Shown here piece by piece: positions 1 through 13,677 of a stretch of 64,000 nucleotides of DNA; within the stretch, counting starts at the first letter, position 1, and the number at the start of each line of letters is the position of its first letter. Position numbers and translations under genes: made by a program. Source of the stretch: Octopus sinensis (Eukaryota); NCBI RefSeq assembly GCF_006345805.1, contig NC_042997.1, positions 45,384,001 to 45,448,000 on the forward strand, read 5' to 3'. The notes below the pieces were generated by a model. The model did not search any database and was not told the DNA's origin. It saw nothing but the letters and a program-made list of their open reading frames with translations.

Positions 1-342
1 TGTCATAGGTGCCCTGGGAATGATAGCAAAAGGGGCTGATTGCTACCTAACTCAGATATCAGGAAACCCCAAAATGGCAGAAATTCAAAAGCTAGTGCTC
101 ATAGGAACTGCTCATATTCTATGCAAAATACTTTCTATGTAATCTCAAGTTTTAAAACAAACATAATTTTCGTATGGTATTTTAGACATTCATTAGTACA
201 ACACTAAGTACAAAACCAAATATATGGCACCCTAGGCATAACACCAACATGAACTTCCAGCTTGTTGTCTCTTGAGGTCTCTGGGTGAGACTTGGAGCGA
301 ACTTGTACAAATGTAAAGCAAAAGTCAGATGTAGAATAATAA

Positions 343-538
343 TGATTCTTTCTACTATAGGGAAGGGATTAGTCGATTAGACTGAGCCCATTTTTTCACT
401 GGTACTTAATTTATGGACCCTGAAAGGCTGAAAAGCAAAGTTGATCTCGGTGGGATTCAAACTCAGAACATAAAGACGGACGAAATGCTGCTCAGCATTT
501 CGCTCAGTGTGTAACTGATTCAGCCAGTTCGCTGCTTA
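343..538 (-). mobile_element. SINE family A (tRNA-like head, CORE-like central block), degenerate
   Basis: Reverse complement of the family seen at 56609-57023 (gagtttgaatcccaccgagatcaactttgcttttcagcctttcagggtccataaattaagtaccag). Confidence 0.8.
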
Positions 539-1669
539 TAATAATAATGTTTTCTTCATTGGCCAGGAGGGCCAAACACAAAACGAAAGGGGACAATACA
601 ACACAAGGGACAAGTGGGGCTGAGCACGAAACGTTGTGTACAAAATTTAAACAAGAATAATTAAAATGAAATTCAACAATAAAATTCTCCACAAGGTGTC
701 AGTTCCACCCAGTGACAACTGAGGAACCTCACATATCTACGTTACCCTGAATACAAGGGGGCACCTCAGCAGGTGCCTCTCTTCTTCTCAGCTCCTCCAG
801 CTTACAAACATATATTCAGAGTAGGCTCATTCATGCAGGTCATCCTCACCACATTCAGCCACCTTTCAACATAATTACTGAGGGGCAGTACTTCCCTCTC
901 TCCCCTCACTTTCCTTTTCAATTGGAATTTGAAGGAGTCAATAAGGGCTAATAATAATAACAATAATAATAATCCTTTCTACTATCAGACACAAAGCCTA
1001 AAATTTGTTGGGTGGTTGGACAATACCATCAGTCCCAGTTTTTGAATGGTATTCCAGTTTTTTCAACTGAAAAAGATGAAAGTCAAAGATGACCTTAGCG
1101 GGACTGAATGATAATAATGGCAAGAATTTAATTTATTTGTCTCAAGGGTAATTGATGAAGAGGATTTTACAGAGACAAATATAAAATATGGGTGGTTATC
1201 ACCTGACCAGTGGAATGCACCTCTTCAACAAGAAGTTCAGTAACAGATACTCCAAACTAATCAGACAAAATCTGGCAAAGTTAAACAGCCAGCCAGTACT
1301 TTATAAGAGGTGGTGCAGGCAATCAATACCTCTGTCTAATCTTTTATGGGTCCTCCTCTCACCTATTTCTGGGACAGACAAAGCTACCTTACTCGTAACT
1401 TCACTTCTGTCCCTGTCAAACTGAAACAGACCCCCAAGCAGTTTAACTAGTTCAGCACCCTGCAAATACTGTCCTGAGTTGCAAACCCACAATCTGTGTT
1501 TTGGCCAATTTTTGATCCTGTCACTGCCTCCTATTCCTTTACAAGTTTTCTGACATTAACAACATGGCTCTCCTGTGTCCCAACCCAAACAAGATGGCCT
1601 TCAACACCTCTAGTTTTTGCAGTGCATACACAAAAAATAATACAGGATGCTCCTGAAAAACCAAATATA

Positions 1670-1810
1670 TAAGGTTGTCCCAAAAGTTCGTAGAAAGTCT
1701 GGGAAAATAATGGTCTTTATTTTGAGGTATAATTTTTGTTGTTTTTGTTAGTACTTGGCGAGTAAAAATTCAATTTTCGCAAGTGTTTACGAACTTTTGG
1801 GACCACCTAA
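1670..1810. mobile_element. Tc1/mariner-type MITE (141 bp)
   Basis: About 25-bp terminal inverted repeats (taaggttgtcccaaaagttcgta / tacgaacttttgggaccacctaa) flanked by TA on both sides; no ORF. Confidence 0.8.
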
Positions 1811-4800
1811 TATAATTCAAAATGGTTCCAAGAACCTAGCCGTTTAGTCATGTTCAGGATTGTGCATATTAGTGATTTCCTGATCACATTGTCAACGATT
1901 GCCAATCTCTTTGCTACTACTTTGACCAAAACTTAAACTCTGCATTCAGCAGAATTTATAGGCCAGAAATCATCAATGATGTCCCCCTTGTTCAAGTTGT
2001 TTTTCAGTACTGCCATTGCTACCACTTCTTTGCTCACGGAATGGGATATTCTCCTGTTCTGCTTCCAGTTAGATTAGACATCTGCCAAAATGTCAATAAT
2101 AATAATAATAATAATGATAGCACAGTGTTGTGTAAGAAATGAAACAGTTTTCCATGAGGAAAGAAAAAAATATACCCAACAGCATAATTGAAATGAAGAA
2201 CAAAATTTATAAATCAAGTAAAGAATGAAGTTACTCAGACTCCATTAAGTACAATTAATACTTGTTTCTTGTCTTGATTTTGCACAAGATAGACTGTTTA
2301 CACTAACATTTAACAATGTGAGATCACAACAGATAAATATAAAAAAAAGAGTCACATAAAAGAGACCAATTTAAAATAAAATCAATGCTAGTACAATACA
2401 CCAATCATGACCAACAATATTAAACAACTACAAAAACACAACCTGCAAACCCGAGTTTTACGATGAACACCATCGCGTGAGTCAACTGCAACCATACAAC
2501 AAAGCCAGTGCAACATGTGTATGAGAGGATGGTGTCTTGTTAAAAGGGAAATCACCAACAAAACATCTCACAAGCTTCCACCGAAACAAATGAAAGCTAT
2601 GAGGGAACAATAGACCAAAGAACAATATGTAGAATGTTATGTATGAGCTACACTGCCATACTACACCCAACATGTATTATCCTCATAATAAAAAGTATAT
2701 GATCTGGAGATTATAAAAAAAACAAAAAACGAGAAAGCAACTAAACCCAAATACATAAATAAGAATATGTAGGTTTAGAATTAGCAATAAAAAAGATCTG
2801 AGAAACAGAAATGGAACAAATCATACAAAAGAACAAACATTGAAAATATGGCAACAGAATTGACCACACACACACACACACACACAGAAAGACAATGTGC
2901 CACAAACCAGTGAGCGTAGTACTAGCACCAGATAAAAAAAAAGAAACAAACACAAAGACCAACTTCATATATAAATAATAAATGAGACCTTAAAAGACAA
3001 TAAAAATAACACAAAAGAACTGACCACACATGGAAAGGACAAGTCATTACAACACAACAAAAACAGATTCAGTGAGAAAATAATGAAATCTAATATAACA
3101 ATAATAACTACACAAGACCCTACAGAAACAACCAACAACAAAAACAAAATTATATTTTCAGCTTCCGAAAATAACTCTTGTAGTCATAGTACATATTACA
3201 ATGGAGCAAGTAAAATGAACAGTGAGTAAAATTTAATAGAAAAAGAGTAAACAAAATGGAAGAAATGACCATAGAAAATTCAATAAATATGGATCAAAGT
3301 AAACAACCGCTTAAACAATAGAATATGAATAATAGCCAAATATAACCAGGTCTTCCAAGAAATTCTTTCCACAGAAACAAACAGGAACGTGAATAGGTTA
3401 AATCGCAACATTTTATCAAGTAGCAATGGAAGTATCAAAAGAAACTAAGTAGAAACTTAGTGCAGTGAGTCAATTCTCATCTGAACCCATCAAAAAAAAA
3501 AAAAAAAAAGAAAGAAAGGAAGAAAAGAAAAAGACAGAGCAAAGGGGATACAGAATATGAAATCAATACAAAGACAAAAGACCTGTTTGTGCTGAGTTAT
3601 GTAGAAAGGAAGAAGTAAAATACAAGGAAAAAACAAAAAACAAAAGAGAAAGATAAATAAATGAAATATTAAGAAAAGGAGCAAACTCAGCAAGGAAAAT
3701 ACTGAAGCCACATATCCTGGGAAAAAAACCATGTTAGGACACTTTGAAAAATGTGAGTGGCTTTTCAGTCAGAATCATTATTTGAAACAAATGGTAAAAA
3801 ACTTTCAACAACAATTCAATAAATTTGAAAAAAGACCCAACACACTAGAGCATACATAAGCAACATAAATTCTATTATATTAGAAGGGTTTTTTTTTTTT
3901 TTAAGAGCAAAAATGTGTGTTAATAATATTCACAATGGGTAATAAAAGAGAGAAAGGACTAAAATACAACAGACCGCTATTATGACCCACCATAAACTCA
4001 CAGAAAATTCACTCACCCCTCACAAAAAAATAAATAAATAAATACAAAATGATCTCTCACAACTGGAAGACTTTCAGAATCAATAGTCACCAATTTCTGG
4101 CTAAACTACTTAACCAATATGCATGAAGTAACAGTAACAGCAGAGCTAAAGACACAAAAATCAACCTGACTGGTTGGTTTTTTAGAGGAAGAAAACAACA
4201 TTATTTCCCCAAACAAAAATTTCAAGGACCACCCAACCCCACCAAAACAATAAATTAATAACTTGTCTACCAACAGCATATAAAACACTGGCATCTCTCT
4301 ATAATACTCTCATTCCATAGGCTAGCTGTTACTCGCTCCAAAAGATATCCTATGAGAAGAGCAGAGCCTAGGGGTGGTGTGGATGGATACGAATACCTGT
4401 TAGCAGTAAACTGGGCAGTAGTTATTGAAGAGTGCATAAAAGGAAGCATAAATATTTATATAAGCATAAAATGATTAACCAAAAGTTTTTAACAGTATAC
4501 AATATACACCTAGATATTAATTAGGGACATTGTTCATTAACGAAACAACCTCAATACTAAAGCAGCATTTCAATGAAGCTATATTAAAATGCAAATGCTG
4601 AAAGGTGAAGAGGAGGTAGTAAAAATGAACTCCATCCACATAAAGAGAGCAATTTTTCAGGGAAAATCTTTGTCCTTATTTGCCATTTTTTTCTTCCTTG
4701 GTGTTCTGACTCAAACCTGTTGAATTAAACCATATTTGATAACAAAAATTTGGGTAGAAAAAACAAAATTAAAAAATAAATAAAGCACTGCAAGCAATCT

Positions 4801-5437
4801 CCCCCCCCCCATGTAGATGATTTACAACTGCAAACATGAAAGACCACCAGTTACAGAACTTATTAAGACTTGCATGTAGATTCAATAGTAAATATGAAGA
4901 TGGAATATGTATCAGATGAGATAAATGTGCAACAAGATACTCTCAAAAGGAGCAAGTTAATTAGAACCTCAAAATTTCAAGCTAGATTAAATAATTACAA
5001 CATAACCACCCATATGTTACTTATAAGTAGATTAACCTGATAAGATACAAAAATGAGGGAGGAAATAAGAAAAGCGTACTACAGATGAACCAGGTTAATA
5101 TTACAAACTTAACTTAATACCAGAGATAAGCTTATCACTAGTTATCCCAGTTATAAACTACAGCTTTTGGTATAATCAATTGAATGTTAAGTGAACTGAG
5201 GAGTTGAGATGGGAAGAGATGGGATAGAGATAGAATTACTAAACAGAATATCCTAAAACTGATACGAAATGAGTTGTAGCTACCATATACTCACAGAAAA
5301 ATAGGATTGATATATACACACACACAAAGTAACCAGAGTGGACCAATAAAAATAGTTTGACTTGAACAAAATATAATCAGGTAGAATGAAAATCATTCCT
5401 CACTACACACACATACACACACTCATGTGTGTATGTT

Positions 5438-5815
<378 letters not shown>

Positions 5816-6426
5816 CGTACACATACATATACATACGTACATACATTATACATACGTGCACATATGCATACATACACATACATACATACATATACAGACA
5901 TACACGAAACAAAACAATCTACGAGTTAATTACATAAAGGAAAAATTATTAAACACAAAAAAGGTAAAACTGAAAGATAGAATCAAAACGGAACTGTGTG
6001 GCTGAAAAATCAGGTGATTGATTGATTGCTTATGTTATTTCTGTGGTTTGCAGTTGACATTAGTCTCTTGTTTTAATATTTTAGCTGATTTTTTTTCTTT
6101 TTTTTTGTATGGCTACGAGCCAAAGACCTACATCAATGCTGATGTCTCAAGCTCTTTCTATAGCTTCCTTCCTGCAAGCAGCTGATTTCATTCTCTTCTT
6201 TATATTCCCGGCACCGTCAGTATGGATAACGTTCCCTTACTGGCTGAGCAAAATAACCTCTTTAACCAGCCACGATTGGGAATAACCATGCCTGCCTTCA
6301 TCTCCACTGCCTAAAATACTGCAAAAGGTTCTATATTTAGCCCTCTTTCATTCAAAGGCTTCACCACACCTTTCTTCGCGAAAAAACTGCAATGTTCAAG
6401 CCTCTACTTGCTTTCTCATCTCACTC

Positions 6427-6790
6427 TCATCATCATTTAGCGTCTGTTTTCCATGCTGGCATAGGTTGAATGGTCTGACAGGAGATGGCCAGCTGGAGAG
6501 CTGCTCAGGCTCTATGTCTGGTTTGGCATGGCTGGATGCACTTCATAATGCCAGCCATTTTACAGAGTGTACTGGGTACTCTCTTTGCATGCTGCTGGCA
6601 CAGGTGCTTTTACCTGGCACCGATATAAGTGTATTTTACATGGCAATGACATGAGTACAATTTACATGGCACTGGCCAAATGCCTTTTATGTGGCACCAG
6701 CACCCTCATAGCAAAGACTTCTCAGCTGGAATGAGTATGGTATGACCAGCTCTACTTCTGTCAAGAGTACATATATCTTGCCAGATATTC
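6427..6790 (-). mobile_element. RTE-clade LINE 3' end, degenerate
   Basis: (CAT)n then tttagcgtctgttttccatgctggc, the reverse complement of the (GAT)n-tailed 3' end seen at 33726-34043. Confidence 0.65.
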
Positions 6791-9700
6791 ACCAATAATT
6801 TCCTTGACTCCTATTTAAAGGTATACAGAAACCTGCTTCATTTTCTTTTCTTTTAAACAGAGGTATACCACTTTCTTTCATATGTAAATTCCTCAGATGT
6901 GCAGACAATTTCTTGTGTAACATATCACTTCCACACTTTTTCATTTGCCCAGAGTTGGCTCATGTTTACTTTTTCTTGCTTACAATGTTAGCAAAAGATG
7001 AGATGGTGTTGGTATTGCAGGTGAATTACTAATTAGCATTTAAATTTGAGTTTTTGTCATCAATTTTTACCTTTCTGCTTGTTGAATTGTGAATGTTAAA
7101 GCTTATAATTGTTTGTGTCTGTTGGTTCAATTGAAATTATTTTTCCTGTGTTGCTTTCTTTTAGGCAACTTACTGGAACTTCCACTTGCTGCAATGAGCT
7201 ACAAATAAACAAAATAAAATGGATGTTTGCAAAAATTCCTGTACTCTCACACATAAAATATCCATGCATGTGCCTTCTTTTTTTTTTTACATGTGTTTAA
7301 ATAATCTAAAGCCTTTTGTAGATGAAACACTAAAGCCCTTCACAAGACTTTCCATTCGGTAATCCTGGTAAAAACAACATTTCTACAAGAATACTGACAA
7401 TGATGTCCATTTACTTCAACCTTCAATAATGATGATAGTAGTAATATTAACAATAAAAGAAATATATTATCGATTGTATTGGCTGACACCAATTCTTTTC
7501 CATTCTAGAAAGGTGAAAGATAAAGCCAACCCTGGAGGTATTGTAACACAATGCAAAGAGAGAAAACTTAATACTGTAATGCATTCAGTCTTACATACAA
7601 AGTCCAGCACATCTTCACTGCCCTAGCAGTAATAATTTCTTATCTGAACAATGGGGGTACTTTTCTAACTATGAAAAAAGATAAACTACTGAATTGACTA
7701 TTTCACATATTTATGTATAGCATTGCTAAAGCAATTCAGAATTTCATAGACAAGAGTTTTGTAAATGTATTTTGGCTGGACGATATCCAGACAAAATGTT
7801 CTCGCATTAAATTAAGTAGGACATCAATCAAATATGATGTCCAAATGTAATTTCATACCCTGATGATGATAACAATGAACTTTGTGAAAGTTTTACATTT
7901 GGAAGTACTGTGATGTACTTTAAAGTTCCCAGAAAGTAAGAGTGGGTAACTTTGAAAATATAGTTAAAAAGCTCCTACAGCCTTAATGGCCAGTTGATTA
8001 GGCAGGCGCCATATGGTTCGGAAAAAAGAGAGATCAAAATAGAACAAGTTTGAAATGTAGTTGTACAGGTTGTTTGCATCATTGAACATGCCGTTATCCA
8101 TTATGCAGCAACTCTGTAACTGCATCACACGAACATAGATGATCAGATTCTCTATGGAATATGGAATGCACAAACGTGCATGCATGCAACCCTTAACACC
8201 CCACCACACACACTTCAAAATCCAAGCCTCAATTGGTTGTGGAGACTGAAAGAAGCGAAGTAGCTCCCAACCCAATATTATTAGATTAATGTACTTAAAT
8301 AAACCAGTATCTGAATATGATGCACTCGAAAAATGACAAAGTCTAATGTGTGAGAGAATCAATGTCAAAACGACACAGTTGCCTTATAAATAAAGAATGG
8401 CAATAATGACCATTGACCTGTGGTGAGAGGTAAATGTATGACATGGACTTGATCACTTTCTGTACCAGCATCAATGAAAGCCAATCAATTTTCAACTGTG
8501 AAGGCATTATATTTCAGAAAGGCTGTAACAGTTTATCACTAGCTTCTTCCATCAATATGAACAGAAAAGCCTGTGCATGTATGGCTGCATGCATGCATGC
8601 ATGCATGCAAAGATGTGTTTATAATCAACATTTATTTCTTATGTGGGATGGGGGTTGCAAAAATCTTGGCAAGTAGGTAGGCGTCTAAATACTTTATAGC
8701 GTTTAGGCCACTGCTTCTGTATTCAGAATTGTATCATTATTAGCCTTGCCTTTCAGTCATCCTGAATTGATAAACTGACATATTGATGATGTATTGAACT
8801 TAAACCAGTTCACTACACTCTGCTTCCAAAAATAGAGGTCTTTGTTTCTTAAGAAAGCAATATTATTTCTTATTGTAGTTTGGGTCTAATGAGGATACAA
8901 AACAACAGAAGCCATGTTTTGGGATAGAAAACTGAAGAAAATAAACAAATAAACAAAAAATCAACAACAACAAAACACTTAATTAAGATCAACTTGGCTT
9001 CCATCATTCTGCATATACCTCAGACAACAGCTCATATTTTTTGTTGTCTGGTTGGTACTAAGCAGGCTAACACAGTCTGTTTCTAGCTTCTGAAATTAGT
9101 ACAAGTAATATTCAAAGTTGCTGCAAGTCCATCAAGAATTTAGTACCTTGTTTCCATGTTCCTTGTGTTCACTTTTTCCATTATAATGATTGAGGTAGTG
9201 AATGAGCTCAGGACAGGTTATCATTTTGAATTTTGTATGTCTTACAACTTGTTTCTTATTGTAAAATCAGTTTAGAGAACTTTAGAAATGTTCTGCAGAT
9301 GAGAGAATGGTCTTACAGTTTAAAGGCCTGGAAATGACCATAGCAGGGAGACAATTATTACACAGAAACAGAAAACATAAAAATCTCTGTAACATATGCA
9401 AAACAGCTTTGCCTAAGTATTTACAATGATAAATATAGAACTGAATCTTCCAAGGCAGTTAGTAGCAGAGTCACCCTCACTCATGAAAAGAGGTTCATGA
9501 ACTTCCCAGACATCTCATCTGATATACAAGATAAATTGCATTATATAAAAGTCCTAATTAGTGCTGAAGACAGTTGTAGTAAATGTTAAGTAGGTAGAGT
9601 AAGAAAGAAAGAAAAATTCAAGGAGTTGTCATCTTTTGTTGGCAACAAAGGATTTTTCTTCCCATGCAAAAGACAGGCAATATGCAGCATTTGTAAAGTA

Positions 9701-10390
9701 TGTAAATGCTGCATCAAAATGAGATTCAGGCATTGAATGTAGATGGTTTGTGAAAGCTGGACAGAGAAATTGGTTATGTATGATCCATTGAATCTAAAAC
9801 ATTAATTTGCATGAAAGTAAAGCTCGGAATAGATTAAAGGGTAGCTAGGTATTAAAGGGCATCAACTGATGTATGCAGGATTAGCAACTGTGCTAGTATG
9901 GAGAGCTGATGCAAATACACAATGAGTATGGAGCGAAAATTTGCTGTGTGTTGACAGTGTTAAGTAACTGTGTTAAAGCAAGGTCACTGAAGACTTGAGA
10001 AGAAATGACAAGATCAAATTTCAGGATGATGGGTTTTACAGACAAGAAAGGGATAAACTAAGAAGTATAGTGTACTGCAAACTTATTCAACCATTCCAAC
10101 ATAAAACAAAAGTTTGAAATGGCAATGTTGCTGATGTTCTGCATCTACAAACTTTAAATTCTAATTGTAAAGTTAATACACTTAAGAAGAAAGTGATAAT
10201 CCCCATTGGGAAATTAATCCAGCAGTGAATATTAACCAAACGCAACATACATGAGTTCAAAGCAAAGACGAACTAATGACTAATGTACATCTGTTTGTTC
10301 AAAAGCCTTTTAGAGATTGTTCAACCTAGAAACAGAAACCAAATCATTCTCAAATCATACCCTACCATCTTAATGTACTCCTATATATAT

Positions 10391-10800
10391 TCATCATCAT
10401 CATCATCATCATCATCGTTTAGCGTCCGTCTTCCATGCTGGCATGGGTTGGACGGTTCAAGTGGGGTTTGGGAAGCCAGAAGGCTGCACCAGGCCCAGTT
10501 TGATCTAGCAATGTTTCTACGGCTGGATGCCCTTCCTAACGCCAACCACTCCATGAGTGTAGTGGGTGCTTTTTACGTGCCACCCGCACAGGTACCAGGC
10601 GAGTCTGGCAAACGGCCACGATCGGATGGTGCTATTTATGTGCCACTGGCATGGGGTCCAGGCGAGGCTGGCAACGGCCACGAATGGATGGTGCTTTTTA
10701 TGTGCCACCGACACGAGGCCAGTCGGGGCGGCGCTGGCAACGGCCATGTTCGGATGGTTCTCTTACGTGCCACCGGCACTGGTAACTCAGCTGCAATTTC
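10391..10800 (-). mobile_element. RTE-clade LINE 3' end with about four internal ~60-bp tandem units
   Basis: (CAT)n tail, ggatgcccttcctaacgccaaccactcc block, repeated ggatggtgcttttacgtgcca...ctggcaacggccacg units. Confidence 0.7.
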
Positions 10801-11291
10801 CATTGATCGGTTTCGATTCTGATTTGATATTGTAGCAGAATAAAAAATGGGATAGTTATAGCTGGGGGTGACTTCGAGCAAAGGCCTGATGAATCAAACC
10901 TGACCTGGAGCTAAAACAATAACCTTGAACCACCTGATTAAAGAAAAGCTTTTTCAGCTTAGTATAAAAATGCCAGATACACAACATTAACCTATAACAA
11001 AGCTAAATTTTTGAAAATATGAAAGTTTGAATCTGAAACTTTAAAATGTTTTAAAACAAAATTAACAATGAGTGTCATATATCAAGATATATTAGTGCTT
11101 TCATTACACAAACTAAACATTGAATACCTGCTGTAAAAAGTATGTGCAGATCACTGATGAAAACTGACAGAGAATAGCCAAAGACATAAGCACACATTAC
11201 ATTTAACTAATGTTTTTATTAGATTTTGAAAGATATAAGATAAAACTACAGGTATTTCTATTAAGGTTGACCACTTCACTTGTGATTCTTA

Positions 11292-11519
11292 TTTCTTTAT
11301 TGACCACAAGGGTCTAAACATAGAGGGGAACAACAAGGACAACGGGATTAAGTCGATTACATCAACCCCAGTGCATAACTGGTACTTAATTTATCGACCC
11401 CAAAAGGATGAAAGGCAAAGTTGACCTTGGCGGAATTTGAACTCAGAACGTAAGGGCAGACGAAATACTGCTAAGCATTTCACCTGGTGTGCTAACATTT
11501 CTGCCAGTTCGCTGCCTTA
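11292..11519 (-). mobile_element. SINE family A, near full length
   Basis: Reverse complement of 56609-56840 over the whole length. Confidence 0.85.
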
Positions 11520-11795
11520 CTTATGATTCTTAACTGAATATTGTCTTTAATGATCTTCATATATATCTCCATCAAATGGCTTGAGCTCCTGGAGTAAAGA
11601 GGCTAGTGCCTCTGCAGTGGTAACTATTTTTAAAGATCCATGAGTAGAAGTTATGTAGACAGGTCCAGTTAGATATTTCTAAAGGAACTAAATGCTTCAT
11701 GAAGCTATGGTTATTAATTATATTTACTAAAATAAAATCATTAAAAAATTAAAAAACTATACAAAGTATTGCAATCAGACCATAATGGTCATTAC

Positions 11796-12090
11796 TATCA
11801 TCATTTAGTGTGCGTATTCTATGCTGCCATGGGTTGGATAGTTTGACAGGATCCAATGAGTCAAAGGACTGCGTCATGCTTTAGTGTCTGCTTGGGCATG
11901 GTTTTTATGGCTGGATGACCATCCTAACACCAACCTCTTTACAGTGTGTACTGGGTGCTTCTATGTGTTGCTAGCACTAATGAGGTTGTTATGCAGCTCA
12001 CAAGAACAAGGTCCACTTCAACTGAGAGGGGTTACAGTAGAGAGGGAGGTGGTTTTATGGTCGGAGAGGTGGGGTTAAAGTATAGTTTTC
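11796..12090 (-). mobile_element. RTE-type 3' end, older subfamily
   Basis: (CAT)n then tttagtgtgcgtattctatgctgccatgggttgga; diverged relative of 10391-10800. Confidence 0.55.
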
Positions 12091-12723
12091 TTGATGTAGA
12101 GGAACTACATGGCTGCTCGTTTTATAAAAGACAGAATGGGGTGGATCTGGAAAGCAATAAAACAGGGTTGATGTGGTGTCAGGGTAAATTTCAAGGGATG
12201 AGGTGTGTAGAAGTACATGGGGACAGTACGATTGTGGGTGGGTACAGGATGCCTGAATGTATGTGAGAGTGTGAGAGAGATGGTGAACAAGTGTTGAGAG
12301 ATAAGTAGGGAAGGCAGAGAGAGAGAGAAAGAGAGGAGAGGGGAAGAAAGATAGAGAGAGAGAAAGAGAGAATGTGGGATTGAAGGTGATCAATGTAAAA
12401 TGAGAGTTGAGAGGTCACTATTAAGAATGAAGTATGGATAAAAAGTGAAATGATTCCAAGTTGTGGAAAGAATGGTATCCGGGAAAAACTGGTTAAGTAT
12501 GTAGGATGTAGTTCCACTCACATTTAATTACAGCAGCAGAATACTGCAGATAGAGAGATGATGGATGATGGGTGTCTTGAGGAAGAAATTGGAGGAGGAG
12601 CAGCAGTTGGGACATCGTTTTAGTAAACTATGAACTTTCTAATTTTATGAGATGCTATCTAGAAAACTTATATAATTTGGTTTGTGAAAATATATACAAG
12701 CTTTAAATATTTTGTAAATTGTT

Positions 12724-12758
<35 letters not shown>

Positions 12759-13635
12759 GTATGAATGTATGATTACATCCATATATAAAATAAACGCTAA
12801 AAAGTTGGACTCTCTAAATCCTGAGCTAGTTTCAATTTCCATATAAGACTGTTTATTTTTCCTTGCTCCAGAGAAAACTCTGATTGGGATGATTTCCAAT
12901 TCCTGAGAGGTTTTCAGCTATGGTAGCTTTACATATATTACAGTTTCCCTCCCCAAATACTTCTACTCTTGAGAAGTTGATAGCCGACTACAAAGAAGCA
13001 TCAGACAGATCTACTTTGAAGAAGAGGCTTACAGCTTTAGAGTAACACTGCTGCAACATCCTCAAACATCCTAAACCAAATCCCTGAGGCCACCTGACTG
13101 CAAACATTCAATAAGCTTCAATCACAAGTTGACATACAGAACTACTTTACCTCTCTGGTCATTATTGCACTATTACTATGATCTTTGATCCTCTGAATTA
13201 ACTGGTATCTTCTCTCCCTAAATGTCATTCCTTCTCCTACCACTCTTAGTGTGTCTTACTATTCAGATTCTGTTCAAATCATTTAGTCCATTTCTTTCTC
13301 CCCAGAACAGCAGTTTTCTGAGATTCTTTCCTCACCCATCTTTTCCCATAAATGTTTATAGGCACCAACTTACAAATGTTCAAACTGAACATTAACCACA
13401 TCACCCTCACCAGTGTGGGAGTTCATGCAAGGGAAATTGTCTATCTGGTTTCATGTTACCAGAGAAAAACAAAAGGAAACTGTTAAGAATATAAATCCCT
13501 AACAATAAGTAGTGTGTCCATGTAAGCCACAAAATTCATGTCTTGTATAGCATGAATAAATGGTGAATGAGACCTCCTCACTGGAATCATAACACATCAA
13601 ATTGCTTATTATATATATGTGTGTGTGTGCATGTG

Positions 13636-13677
<42 letters not shown>

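Noticed and set aside
1190-1620. Possible ancient LINE RT remnant (YFWDRQ, QSVFWPIF, KMAFNTS)
   Set aside because: Motifs are too decayed to support without a profile search.
9191-9212. tgaggtagt, the let-7 5' end
   Set aside because: The match stops after 9 nt and there is no hairpin. No other known mature miRNA sequence was found by eye.
10283-10881. Overlapping 76-179 aa ORFs
   Set aside because: They lie in the GC-rich tandem units of a LINE 3' UTR, where stops are scarce.
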